Notes: generated by a model from the letters alone, not told the origin. 39,903 nt of DNA from Thermoproteota archaeon (GCA_027491735.1 JAOZGP010000025.1:1-39903), one strand, 5' to 3'. Positions 9,921 through 19,445 are shown, counted from the first letter of the stretch. Numbers and translations are program-made.

Positions 9921-11105
9921 CTAAAACTTAGATTTAATGTACCTGATTATGGAGGGCATATCTATCTTGCTCGGACAGACCTCTCTGCACTTTCTGCATC
10001 CCAGACAGAACATCGCTAGAGGGGCTGCCTTGTCTATTCCTTCGATTATAGCCGTCCATCCTATACCCATAGGTCCTCCATAGACCCTTCCTCCCCATGT
10101 GTTGCCGACGAGGTCCCATATAGGGCACTCGGCCTGACATCTTCCGCATCTCAAACAGAGAAGCTGCTCCCATAAGTGTTCATCTTTGAGAGCCTTCCTC
10201 CTTCCTCCGTCATACAAGATGACATGCATTTCTTTGGCTCCGTGAACACCATATACCCGATGGTACTCTATGTCAGCTGTGCTGCTCGGCCCTGCTATGA
10301 CGGACAGGTAGGTTGGCGGGTAGAGGCCTGCATATCCTGACTGGACTAGGGCTTGGAAGAACGCATCCTTCATAGTGGGCATTATTTTTTCGACTCCTGT
10401 TATCGATATGAGCACTGGCGGTAGGTTAGTGGAGTTCCTTATGTTCCCCTCATTAGAAATCAGAAAGATCGCTCCAGAATCCGCAGCTATGGAATTAGCA
10501 CCTGAGATTCCTACGTCGGCTTTGATAAACTTCTCTCTCAGGAACAAACGAACTCTGGCCGTCAGCTCCTCTATACTCATATCGTCTCTCACATCTGGAT
10601 CTATCTTTTTCAGAAGACGGGCAGCCTCCTCTTTAGTTATGTGGATTGCTGGGGCTATAGCGTGCATGGGCTTTCCTCCGGAGAGCTGAATAAGGAGCTC
10701 CCCTAAGTCTGTCTCATAGACTTCATGTCCCTTAGCTATAAGATGCTCTCGTAACTGGATTTCTTCAGTCACCATGGACTTAGCCTTTACTATGAGCTTT
10801 CTCCCATCTCCAATTATATCATCTACAATCCTCTTTACCTCATCTGGAGATTTGGCTAGGTAAGCATGTCCGGCACACCGTCTTACACTCTTCATAGTTT
10901 CATCTATGTAATAATCTATATTTTGGAAAACCTCTTCCTTCACCTTTCTCACATGCTCCGCCAACTCAACGAGGTAGGGCCATGTGTCCAGAGCCCTAAT
11001 GGAAGCTGGAGCTAGATTTCTCACGGATCTCTCCAAACCGGTTCTCAGATTCCCATTATCCAATGCAGAAAATATTGTTGAGAGTATATCCCCCATTGAG
11101 GTCAC
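9921..11105 (-). CDS. LUD-domain Fe-S protein, LutB/LldF family (lactate utilization)
   Basis: VKAKSMVTEE, ETDLGE, GISGAN, NEGN, GPS.TADIE...GVHG, CLRCGRCQAECP and CLGCRKCREVCP. Confidence 0.9.
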   Translation of the reverse strand: MTSMGDILSTIFSALDNGNLRTGLERSVRNLAPASIRALDTWPYLVELAEHVRKVKEEVFQNIDYYIDETMKSVRRCAGHAYLAKSPDEVKRIVDDIIGDGRKLIVKAKSMVTEEIQLREHLIAKGHEVYETDLGELLIQLSGGKPMHAIAPAIHITKEEAARLLKKIDPDVRDDMSIEELTARVRLFLREKFIKADVGISGANSIAADSGAIFLISNEGNIRNSTNLPPVLISITGVEKIMPTMKDAFFQALVQSGYAGLYPPTYLSVIAGPSSTADIEYHRVYGVHGAKEMHVILYDGGRRKALKDEHLWEQLLCLRCGRCQAECPIWDLVGNTWGGRVYGGPMGIGWTAIIEGIDKAAPLAMFCLGCRKCREVCPSKIDMPSIIRYIKSKF

Positions 11106-11112
11106 CTCTCTT

Positions 11113-12081
11113 CTACAAATAAGCCTCTCCCAGATGCAGCGAGATGTCCTTCACTTGCACCCTCCCCTGTCCAGCTCTACTCAAGCTAACATAGCAGAAA
11201 GGACACATGGTGACCACGTTTTCACACACTTCCTTCAGCTCTGATACCCTGAGAGAGGCCACTTCCTCGGAGAGCCTCGGAGATAGAGACTCGATCGGAC
11301 CTCCACAACAGAAAGTCAATCTTTTCGTCCTGAAGGGCTCCCTTATTTCAACTCCAGCTCTGCTGAGAAGCTCTCTGGGTTGATCTATTATCTCAAGATA
11401 CCTGGCGTAGTAGCAGGGATCGTGCACCGTGACAGAGATCTCCAACTTTCTTTTTGGTGAGATTTCTTTCTCAACTAGAATCTCCAGGTAGTTCTCGACT
11501 TCTAGATCAAATCCATCCACAAACTTCGGGTACACCTCGCGGAGCACGTGGGTTGTGTGTGGGTCGATGGTAATGACCTTCCCCACACCGTTTCTTTTGA
11601 AGATATCGTAGACTCCCTTAGCATGTTTTGCGAAATCCTTGTCCCTTCCAAAGTCGTACAGGAGGGTTCCGGCGTAGAGCTCGTCGTCATAGAGGTATCC
11701 AAATTTTATATCAGCTTTCTTGATTAATGCAGCGATTCTCTTCAAAATTTCGTGCTGTGAGGATATCTCCTGCTGAGATACTCCGGAAGCCAACTTGGAT
11801 ACATCGAAAACGGAGCTCACCATCTTACCCAACTTGAGAAGGGCGCCTCCAACGGATCCTCTCTCCAGCTTCTCTAAATACTTCGTGGAGGCAATCGTAT
11901 AGGGGACCATCTGGTAGAGAAGGCTTGTGTAAAGGACTGTCTCTCCTCCCTTAGGGAGGTTGATATCTCTGGCCCAGCCACTAGCTGCATCGCTCGGAAT
12001 GGAGATGGGGGATCCCTTTCTGAGAGTGTTCCTAACAATCATACTCAGCACATCTTTGGTAGGCAGGGGCAAACTCCTCAC
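11113..12081 (-). CDS. CCG-domain Fe-S oxidoreductase (LutA/GlcF C-terminal-like)
   Basis: TVHDPCYYAR, FCCGGP and TMCPFC. The first CCG repeat is degenerate (ITIDPH). Confidence 0.85.
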   Translation of the reverse strand: MRSLPLPTKDVLSMIVRNTLRKGSPISIPSDAASGWARDINLPKGGETVLYTSLLYQMVPYTIASTKYLEKLERGSVGGALLKLGKMVSSVFDVSKLASGVSQQEISSQHEILKRIAALIKKADIKFGYLYDDELYAGTLLYDFGRDKDFAKHAKGVYDIFKRNGVGKVITIDPHTTHVLREVYPKFVDGFDLEVENYLEILVEKEISPKRKLEISVTVHDPCYYARYLEIIDQPRELLSRAGVEIREPFRTKRLTFCCGGPIESLSPRLSEEVASLRVSELKEVCENVVTMCPFCYVSLSRAGQGRVQVKDISLHLGEAYL

Positions 12082-12229
12082 CTCTCGACGGCTTAGGTTG
12101 TGGATTGGACTTACTTTTAAAAATTGAGGGGAAAATGTAAAAATAGAATTGCTGTGGTTGGCTTCATTTGAATCCTCAGAAAAATAGTGAGTTTCATACG
12201 GAATTGAGCAGCATTAAGGCACCGAATAC

Positions 12230-12661
12230 TCACCCGGCTTTTAGACCAATCCCCCTTAGAGTCTTGTAGAGGGTATCCGGATCATGGGCGTAAAGGTTAA
12301 TCAAGGTCATCCATTTGCTTTTTATCGATATCAGATTTCTTTTTTTATCGATTAGAACCTTAAGCTTGTTGTCTATTTTAAGTCGTCTTCCTCTGTAAAC
12401 TACCTGATCGTCAAGCACACAGTATTCCTCCGGAGTAGGCACGGCCACTTTGGGCACAAGTCCTGATGTGATTACTATCCATGCTAAAAATAGCCCTGGT
12501 ATCCAGAGAAAGTAGGCTGCTATTAGGGAAATAGCTATATAAATACTCGCCAGCAGGGTCCCTCTCATAATCCGGTTCTTTCTATCCTTCCTCTTCAAAT
12601 CTGAAACGAAGTCATAGTATCTGCAGGTTGTCTGGCCCTCCTTTAGTCCAGTCATCGACAT
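12230..12661 (-). CDS. Hypothetical membrane protein (2 TM segments plus a small beta domain)
   Basis: ORF of 143 aa with a hydrophobic hairpin. No recognised motif. Confidence 0.6.
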   Translation of the reverse strand: MSMTGLKEGQTTCRYYDFVSDLKRKDRKNRIMRGTLLASIYIAISLIAAYFLWIPGLFLAWIVITSGLVPKVAVPTPEEYCVLDDQVVYRGRRLKIDNKLKVLIDKKRNLISIKSKWMTLINLYAHDPDTLYKTLRGIGLKAG

Positions 12662-13057
12662 CCCTTTGAGAGTTGGTTTACGACTAGGTAAGATCTCCTC
12701 GCTTTAAAGAAGCTTCCGTGTCCCTTTAAGATTTTTAAAATAAAAATAAATTTCTTCGGGTAGGATTAGCTAAGAGAAAAGAAAGCTAACAACTTAGTAA
12801 TGGGCTAATATAGCCTAACAGTATTCTGATGATATGATGTTTATATTTATAGATAAATAGATAACATGTCTGGGATGACAGAAGATAGTTTTTGGAGAAG
12901 GATGTCTACTATGAAAAATTTTTATAGAAAAGCTGAAATTAGTCAATTTATCTTCAACGACTAAACTTATTTTAGGTTTTAGGAAGATCACCTGGCTTAA
13001 AGCGATGGACGTTAAGTTTAACTCTTAATCTTCATTCAGGGACTGCCAGGTAAAAAC

Positions 13058-14077
13058 ATGTTGGTGCCTGTCCTAATGTTCATAATTGGTACTCTTATGA
13101 CGATGGTGGCCTCGATTCTCTTTACAAACGCCATAGAACATGTTGGAGACCTGATGAACTGGTCGGAATCCTTTACCGGCGCAATAATAGCTCCGCTGTT
13201 CACATCTATACCAGAGCTCACCATAGTGCTCGTTGCCATTTTCGTTCACGGTGGAGCTACTGGACAGGAGATCGGGATAGGGACAATATTCGGTCAGCCG
13301 TTCATGACAAGTTCCCTATCCTATGCTCTCGTTCTTCTGGCAATGATCTTCGGATACAAAGTTGGGAAGAGAAAGGACCTCCGCATAAGCGTGGACAGGA
13401 GGCTAGCTATTCCCTTTATATTCACCGTGGTATTCTTCCCTATAGTCCTCGTTCCTGGAATCCTCCATGGATTCCTTGTGGACATCTTCTTCTCTCTCTT
13501 ATTTCTTGGCGGGTACTTCTACTACGCTTGGCTTATGTACAGGAGCAGGGTAGCTGAAATAGAGCTTGAGGCGGAGCTAGAAACCGGAGGGGAGGAGGCA
13601 CTTTACCTCGGCAGGTTCCTCGAAGAAAAGCCAGCTTATCTCGTTCAGCTTATCCTAGCAGTTATCGGGCTGTACTATGGGTCAGAGATGTTAGTGAAGT
13701 CGATAGACATAATATCAAGAATTCTCAATGTCAGTCCCCTTGGAGCGGCTCTGATCCTTGCTCCTGCAGCGACCGCGATACCGGAGACGATGACCGCCAT
13801 AATATGGGGTTATCATGGAAAGGATACCTTCGCCATAGCGTCACTGGTGGGTGAAAGAATACTTTACTCCACCTTCTACCCGGCCTTAGGGATACTGATA
13901 ACAGACTGGATCCTGGACATATACGCCTACTTCAGCGTCCTCGTGACAACACTCGTGTCCTTGGTCATGATACCATACATAAGGAGGGGCAGGATCCCGT
14001 CGGTGATCCTTGCTCTAGGCTTTGTGTTCTTCGTGCTCTATGCAGCGTTCGTCTTCCTCCACTCAATATTCTTCTAA
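13058..14077 (+). CDS. Ca2+/cation (Na+/Ca2+) antiporter family protein
   Basis: Two alpha repeats (FTSIPE and ATAIPE), IGIGTIFG and about 10 TM segments. Confidence 0.88.
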   Translation: MLVPVLMFIIGTLMTMVASILFTNAIEHVGDLMNWSESFTGAIIAPLFTSIPELTIVLVAIFVHGGATGQEIGIGTIFGQPFMTSSLSYALVLLAMIFGYKVGKRKDLRISVDRRLAIPFIFTVVFFPIVLVPGILHGFLVDIFFSLLFLGGYFYYAWLMYRSRVAEIELEAELETGGEEALYLGRFLEEKPAYLVQLILAVIGLYYGSEMLVKSIDIISRILNVSPLGAALILAPAATAIPETMTAIIWGYHGKDTFAIASLVGERILYSTFYPALGILITDWILDIYAYFSVLVTTLVSLVMIPYIRRGRIPSVILALGFVFFVLYAAFVFLHSIFF

Positions 14078-14123
14078 CAGTTTTAGAGGATCAGGCCTTC
14101 GTGAAGCTGCCTTCCGAGCCCTT

Positions 14124-15071
14124 TCATCCCACAAAAATCAACTTTTCCTTGAGGGCCATCAGGTCCTCTCTGTCAAGGGATCCCAGAAGAGCTAATATTT
14201 CGTCTAAAAGCATTTTCTTACCATTAAATTCCGGTAATCTCACCTTCCTAAGCTCGATTCTCCCGAACTTACCCTTGGCCATCAAGATGAGGGAGACGTC
14301 CATCTCTGTAATGCTCAGGACATCGATCTCTGCGTCAGCGAAGGAGGCCATCGGAATGGACCTGTCCTCCACTTCCAGGGAAAATGGCTTTATCTCCCTG
14401 ATCTTCAGGGACTCACCATCAAAGATGATCTTCCCATCTGTGAATACCACATTCGAACCACAGATCACTCCCCCACTGAAGGATATCCGTCTAGACCGTA
14501 TTCCCGAGAAGTTAGCGGCATCTATCTCGGAGTCTTGCACGTTGAGGAAATCTATCTCGGACCAGAGGGCGTAGAATTCTTTGATCCTCGTGTGCTCGAT
14601 GGAAATGCTCCTGACGGAAGCCCCTGAAAGATTCAACCTGATGAGCTCACAGTTATGCAGCCTGATCTCACCGATTTCTGCATCTGAAAGATCGAACCCT
14701 TTCATCACACAGTTTTTCATTTCGAGAAAATTGATCTTTGCCTGAGAAAAGTGCATGTTGACTTCGAAGATCCTATCTTCCAGCTTCAGTCCAGGTAACC
14801 TGTATCCGACGAAGACGCATCTCCTCTCTTGTACTCCCTTCTCCAAAACCTCCTTGAACCTCTTTTTCACATCCTTCCTCTCCGATGGACTGTGAAATAT
14901 GCAATATCCATCCTGAGTGGCTGGCTGATCGCACCTGTAGGAGGTAAATCCTCTGTCCATGTCCGGATAGAGCGTGTAGAACTTACACAGCCTCGGTGTC
15001 TCGAGGAACACCGGTTTAGGAACCTCTCTCTTGATCTTCAGAGGTGTCGAACTCATGATCTCACATTCCAA
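14124..15071 (-). CDS. Pentapeptide-repeat-like protein with an N-terminal Cys/His motif
   Basis: C-x17-C-x9-CIFH N-terminus followed by FSQAKI/LSDAEI/LSGASV/FSGI-type repeats. Confidence 0.6.
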   Translation of the reverse strand: MECEIMSSTPLKIKREVPKPVFLETPRLCKFYTLYPDMDRGFTSYRCDQPATQDGYCIFHSPSERKDVKKRFKEVLEKGVQERRCVFVGYRLPGLKLEDRIFEVNMHFSQAKINFLEMKNCVMKGFDLSDAEIGEIRLHNCELIRLNLSGASVRSISIEHTRIKEFYALWSEIDFLNVQDSEIDAANFSGIRSRRISFSGGVICGSNVVFTDGKIIFDGESLKIREIKPFSLEVEDRSIPMASFADAEIDVLSITEMDVSLILMAKGKFGRIELRKVRLPEFNGKKMLLDEILALLGSLDREDLMALKEKLIFVG

Positions 15072-16047
15072 TGAATTCCCTAGCTATCTTTTTCGCTCTC
15101 TCCCTAGGAAGTCCTCTTATCTTGTAAAAGAGCTCTCTACAACCCGCATAATCCAGCTTATTAACGAGTTTTATGAGGAATATCCTCTCAGCCAAGTGAG
15201 GGAATGGATCTTTCTCACTGGGGACCTTTTCCTTCTCTCTTTCCTGCAGAATTATCTTTATAATGCTTCTAGCGGCCAACAATCTCTCTTTTTCGGGATC
15301 TCTTTCTCCTCGGTAGTACATCAAAGTGAGTACGTCACCTGGGGGTTGGGGGAATCTCACCTCTCCTCGGGATATCTCGAGGGAGGGCTTCTCTAAAGCG
15401 AAGCAACTGTCGATCTGCCCATCAATCTTGTCCCTCAGTAGATCTTGAAGGGGTTGGTGTATGTCTCCCGCCTCAATATAGATCCTTCCCCTTAGCTCAC
15501 CTGACTTCACGAGCTCAGCAATCCTCCTGGACCTCATATCCAGCCTGAGCTTTATCCTTCTGCTATCCACCTTGGCGTACTCCATTACGCTCTCAACAGC
15601 AGCGCCGAACGAGGAGCTAAAGGTCATGTAGTAGGCGTAGAGGGCTACGTAAGCATCTTTTTCAGTCTTGTAGACGGGCCCGAGGACGGGGTCCCTGAGT
15701 ATGTCCCTTATAGACTCCTTCCCTCTGGCGTCTATGAGCTCGTATATCCTCTCCAGGGCGTCAAAGTAGGGTTCTACCTGGAGAATCCTCTTACCTTTGT
15801 CCCTCATCTCCCTCAGGACTTCGCACAGTCTTTCTGTGAACTTAGGAAATGCGGGGACAGAGACGTAGGTTTCCTCTGATATTTTATGGATGTAGTCGTC
15901 TGGAGCCAGGATACCATTCAGCATTCTCTCAAAGAATTTATTTGACGGCTCCTCCAAGATTATGGCATCGGACTCCTTCATCCTCCTCTTCATGAAGGGT
16001 ATGGCCTCGATCCAGTGCGGAGAAAAAACTATGGTTATCCTAATCAT
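15061..16047 (-). CDS. Conserved-looking hypothetical protein
   Basis: Long ORF with globular motifs (FSPH, IILEEP, LQVEPY, YIEAGDIH, FPH). ATG 16047 follows a GAGGGAGG RBS. Confidence 0.75.
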   Translation of the reverse strand: MIRITIVFSPHWIEAIPFMKRRMKESDAIILEEPSNKFFERMLNGILAPDDYIHKISEETYVSVPAFPKFTERLCEVLREMRDKGKRILQVEPYFDALERIYELIDARGKESIRDILRDPVLGPVYKTEKDAYVALYAYYMTFSSSFGAAVESVMEYAKVDSRRIKLRLDMRSRRIAELVKSGELRGRIYIEAGDIHQPLQDLLRDKIDGQIDSCFALEKPSLEISRGEVRFPQPPGDVLTLMYYRGERDPEKERLLAARSIIKIILQEREKEKVPSEKDPFPHLAERIFLIKLVNKLDYAGCRELFYKIRGLPRERAKKIAREFIGM

Positions 16048-16234
16048 CCTCCCTCGACCTCTGGACATCACCTTAAACTTATCTGAATCACTTACATCGA
16101 TAACACAAAATTTTATTGTAATATAGATCAATGGGCGTCTGCTCCTCAGCGTCGAGGCGATAGGTTCCATTAACCAAGTCCTTCGAGCTCCATGGTTCGC
16201 CAAACTTTAATTTTGGACCAGTAACTCCCTGACT

Positions 16235-17596
16235 GTGAAGCTCCCTAGAATACTGATATCAGCTCCTAGTGGTAAGAGTGGCAAGACCTCAGTGACTCTT
16301 GGGTTGATAAGGGCACTTAAGGAAGAGGGGTTCAGAGTTCAACCCTTCAAGGTCGGGCCTGACTTCATAGATCCTTCCTACCACACGTTCATCTCCGGCA
16401 GGACCTGTCGAAATTTGGACTCGTATATGTTCACCAGGAATGTCCTTCTCTGGTCCTTGTTGAGAAACTCGAGGGACGCCGACATAGCCGTGATAGAAGG
16501 CTTCTTCGGATTTTACGACAGTCCAGACGGTGTAAGCGAAAGAGGTAGCACAGCCGAGGTCTCTAAATTACTCAAAACTCCGGTGATACTGGTTTTGAAT
16601 GCTGAGAGGGTGAACAGGGGGCTGGCGGCCATAGCAAAGGGACTGGTGAGTTTCGACGAGGAGGCCCCTATAAGAGGGGTCATAGTGAACAATGTGGCCG
16701 GGGAGAGGCAAGAAGGAAAAATAAGGAGGATCTTCAGAGAACTGGCTCCTGAAGTGGAGCTTCTCGGGGTTGTTATGAGGAGCGAGACCGTGAGGGAGGT
16801 CATGAAGTACAGACATCTCGGCCTCATACCCATTGCTGAGAGGAGTAGAGAATTGGAGAAGCTGGTGGAGGTGTCTAAAAGAACTTCAGAAAGATTGGAC
16901 CTGGATAGGATAAAGGAGATAGCTTCTGAAGCTCCAGAAGTAGATTTTCCTGACGTGAGGGAACCTGAAGCCACATTTGACGTGGATGTGGCTGTGTTGA
17001 TGGATGAGGCCTTCTCCTTCTACTATCCCGAGAATATAGAGTTCCTACAGAGGCACGCGAGGAGGGTACTCTATGTGGACGCCATCAGGGACAATGAACT
17101 CCCTGAAGTGGACCTCCTCTACATAGGAGGAGGCTTTCCGGAGGTGTATGCCCCCCTCCTAGAGGAGAACGAGGAGTTCAGGAGATCTATTCTCAGAGAG
17201 CACGCAAGAGGAATGAGGGTATATGCTGAGTGCGGGGGGTTGATGTACTCCTGTAGCCGTTTGAGGATTGACAGGAGCTATGAGATGCTTGGGCTCGTGG
17301 AGGCAGAGGTGATCATGCAGAGAAAACCAGTGGGACACGGGTACACTCATCTGAGAGCAATAAGAGAAAACCCTCTATGCAAGGTGGGCAAGGAGATAGT
17401 GGGACATGAGTTCCATCACTCCAAGCTTGTGCTCGAGGAGGACGTCGAGTTTGCCTTCGAAATGCTCCGGGGCTACGGAGTAGACGGCCTCCACGATGGA
17501 ATAATGAAGGAGAACCTTCTCTGCAACTATACGCACCTACACACGCTCCATGATTTCTCTCTATTTGAAAATCTCCTCAGATCTACACAGCGGTGA
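16235..17596 (+). CDS. dsrN: Cobyrinate a,c-diamide synthase family protein; by context siroheme amidase DsrN
   Basis: SGKT, FKVGPDFIDP, AFSFYY, YIGGGFPE, AECGGLMY, GHEFH and YTHLH. The family call is firm; dsrN rather than cbiA rests on adjacency to the dsr genes. Confidence 0.75.
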   Translation: MKLPRILISAPSGKSGKTSVTLGLIRALKEEGFRVQPFKVGPDFIDPSYHTFISGRTCRNLDSYMFTRNVLLWSLLRNSRDADIAVIEGFFGFYDSPDGVSERGSTAEVSKLLKTPVILVLNAERVNRGLAAIAKGLVSFDEEAPIRGVIVNNVAGERQEGKIRRIFRELAPEVELLGVVMRSETVREVMKYRHLGLIPIAERSRELEKLVEVSKRTSERLDLDRIKEIASEAPEVDFPDVREPEATFDVDVAVLMDEAFSFYYPENIEFLQRHARRVLYVDAIRDNELPEVDLLYIGGGFPEVYAPLLEENEEFRRSILREHARGMRVYAECGGLMYSCSRLRIDRSYEMLGLVEAEVIMQRKPVGHGYTHLRAIRENPLCKVGKEIVGHEFHHSKLVLEEDVEFAFEMLRGYGVDGLHDGIMKENLLCNYTHLHTLHDFSLFENLLRSTQR

Positions 17597-18338
17597 GAAG
17601 CTTTATACCACTCTTCGAGGGTATGAACTCTATGAGCTCCACTGGGTGGTTGGTGGCAAAGAGCCTCTCTATACTCAAGAAGAACCTGTATTTCGAGCCT
17701 TCCAGCCTTCTTCTAGTCCTGAAGATCCCATCCATGCTGTAGAGCAGAGGAACAACAGTGTTCTTGTAAGCTCCGGCGTAGAGGACATACACCTGAGTGA
17801 AGTTCTGGTTTCTGAGGAAGCCCTTCAATATCTTAAACATCTCGCTTATCTCTCTAGCGGTCTCGCCGTAGGTCAATGAGGTAAGTCCTGTTAAAGACTC
17901 CAAAACAGCTCTTCCCCCTTCTTCATGTGATAAGGCATATTCCTTGACCTTATTGAATACCTGCTGTGTGTCTATGGGATTTTTCACGTAGATGGCCCTA
18001 TCAACAGGGGAACCCTCCTCCGTCATCCTTCTCCAAGACCAGCAGTCTATTATGGTAAGATTCCCAAGATCCCTCTCTATCTGCCCCTCACTTCTTCCTC
18101 TGGCAGTCAGGATGTCCTTCATTATCGTCACCAGAAGCTCTGGCGGTCTGTCATAGGTTATGTAAAGCACGTTTTCTCCTTTCACCAATCCTTCACAAGC
18201 GAATACCCTCGCGAACATGGAGTTATGGGTTCCAGGCCTCCCGTAAAACACGTTAGCAAAGTTCTTGGGTATTCCCCCCTCTATAAGCTTGTCAAGCTCG
18301 GGAATTCCGGTGGAGACTCTCTCGATACCCATATTCAT
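17583..18338 (-). CDS. Single-domain KaiC/RecA-superfamily protein with a degenerate Walker A motif
   Basis: ERVSTGIPELDKLIEGGIP, G.NVLYIT, IIDC and DGI. The P-loop reads GRPGTHNS instead of GxPGxGK[T/S]. Confidence 0.85.
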   Translation of the reverse strand: MNMGIERVSTGIPELDKLIEGGIPKNFANVFYGRPGTHNSMFARVFACEGLVKGENVLYITYDRPPELLVTIMKDILTARGRSEGQIERDLGNLTIIDCWSWRRMTEEGSPVDRAIYVKNPIDTQQVFNKVKEYALSHEEGGRAVLESLTGLTSLTYGETAREISEMFKILKGFLRNQNFTQVYVLYAGAYKNTVVPLLYSMDGIFRTRRRLEGSKYRFFLSIERLFATNHPVELIEFIPSKSGIKLLTAV

Positions 18339-18856
18339 CTCCGCCTGAACATCAACTTGTAGACGTCACCTACTTTCGTGAATCCTCTGGTTTTAAACCC
18401 TTTTGCTTTGGCCATCCTTATCAGGCAGTCTCTGGTCCTCTCATCATCTGTGGCCACGATGAGCACTTCATCATGTTCCACTATCTTAATCAGCCTCCTG
18501 AACCTTATTATCGAAAACGGGTATTCACAGCCGGTGAGGTCGAGAATTCTTTCCTTCTGTCCCATCTTTCTCTTGAAGACTCCCTCAGCACTGCTATATA
18601 TTTCCTTGAGGGGTTTCTTGATCTTGTAGATGTTTTTAGGCCTGCCGACAGTTCCCTTTCTCAGTTTCACGACTTCAACCCATCCACTCATCACGAGAAA
18701 TCGCAGAGTGAAGTAGAGACCCTTTTTCGAGCAGTTAAGTGCTGACGCTATTTCCTCAACAGTAGCGCCCTCGTTCATCCTCTTCTCCAGGTACTTCAGA
18801 ACTCGTATCTCATTCTTGGAGAGCAGTTTTGTCTGGCCATCTTTAAATTTTTCCAT
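18335..18856 (-). CDS. Winged-HTH transcription regulator fused to a C-terminal TusA/SirA-like domain
   Basis: LSKNEIRVL..., ATVEEIASAL and GRPKNIY wHTH, then ILDLTGCEYP...LIVATDD...GF...YKLMFRR TusA-type pattern. ATG 18856 was chosen; the ORF is open from 18949. Confidence 0.75.
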   Translation of the reverse strand: MEKFKDGQTKLLSKNEIRVLKYLEKRMNEGATVEEIASALNCSKKGLYFTLRFLVMSGWVEVVKLRKGTVGRPKNIYKIKKPLKEIYSSAEGVFKRKMGQKERILDLTGCEYPFSIIRFRRLIKIVEHDEVLIVATDDERTRDCLIRMAKAKGFKTRGFTKVGDVYKLMFRRR

Positions 18857-19017
18857 AGAAAATCCTTGCGTACTTCTCTGGGAAAATTTATAATAATTCT
18901 CCTCGCTTGTGGTCGAGCTGTTGACGATCTTCTCTGGGTTGGTAAACACCTTACATATAAGAATAACAGCTTTTCCTGATTTAAAGACTGTGACAGACTT
19001 CCTTAAATCGTCGAAGG

Positions 19018-19034
19018 GGAAAGGTTATATATAA
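19018..19034 (+). promoter_or_regulatory. Archaeal BRE/TATA promoter of dsrC
   Basis: GGAAAGG-TTATATATAA about 30-45 nt upstream of ATG 19065. GGTGA RBS at 19054-19058. Confidence 0.65.
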
Positions 19035-19064
19035 TACCCTTTTTCTCAAACTTGGTGAAAACAC

Positions 19065-19385
19065 ATGCCCGAGATCGAGTTTAAGGGGCAGAAGTATATA
19101 GTGGATGAGGATGGATTCCTCCAGGAACCTGAAAAGTGGAGCCCGGAGTTGGCTGAGCATATGGCTAAAATCTATGAGGGCATAGATAAGCTGACTGACG
19201 AGCATTGGAAGGTCATAAACTTCCTCAGGGACTACTTTAAGAAGTACGGTATAGCTCCACCGATAAGAATTCTCTGTAAGACTACTGGGTTCAGTCTACA
19301 GAAGATATACGAGCTCTTTCCCTCTGGGCCTGCCAACGGAGCCTGCAAGGTTGCGGGCCTGCCCAAACCGACCGGCTGTGTGTGA
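19065..19385 (+). CDS. dsrC: DsrC sulfur carrier (TusE/DsrC family, true two-Cys type)
   Basis: VDEDGFL...W, LTDEHWKVINFLR, YELFPSGP and the C-terminal C-x10-C arm CKVAGLPKPTGCV. Confidence 0.97.
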   Translation: MPEIEFKGQKYIVDEDGFLQEPEKWSPELAEHMAKIYEGIDKLTDEHWKVINFLRDYFKKYGIAPPIRILCKTTGFSLQKIYELFPSGPANGACKVAGLPKPTGCV

Positions 19386-19445
19386 AAGCTTTATCAAAAT
19401 CTCTTCATTTTTTCCCACTAAAAACTCAAAAACGGGTGACTTGGA

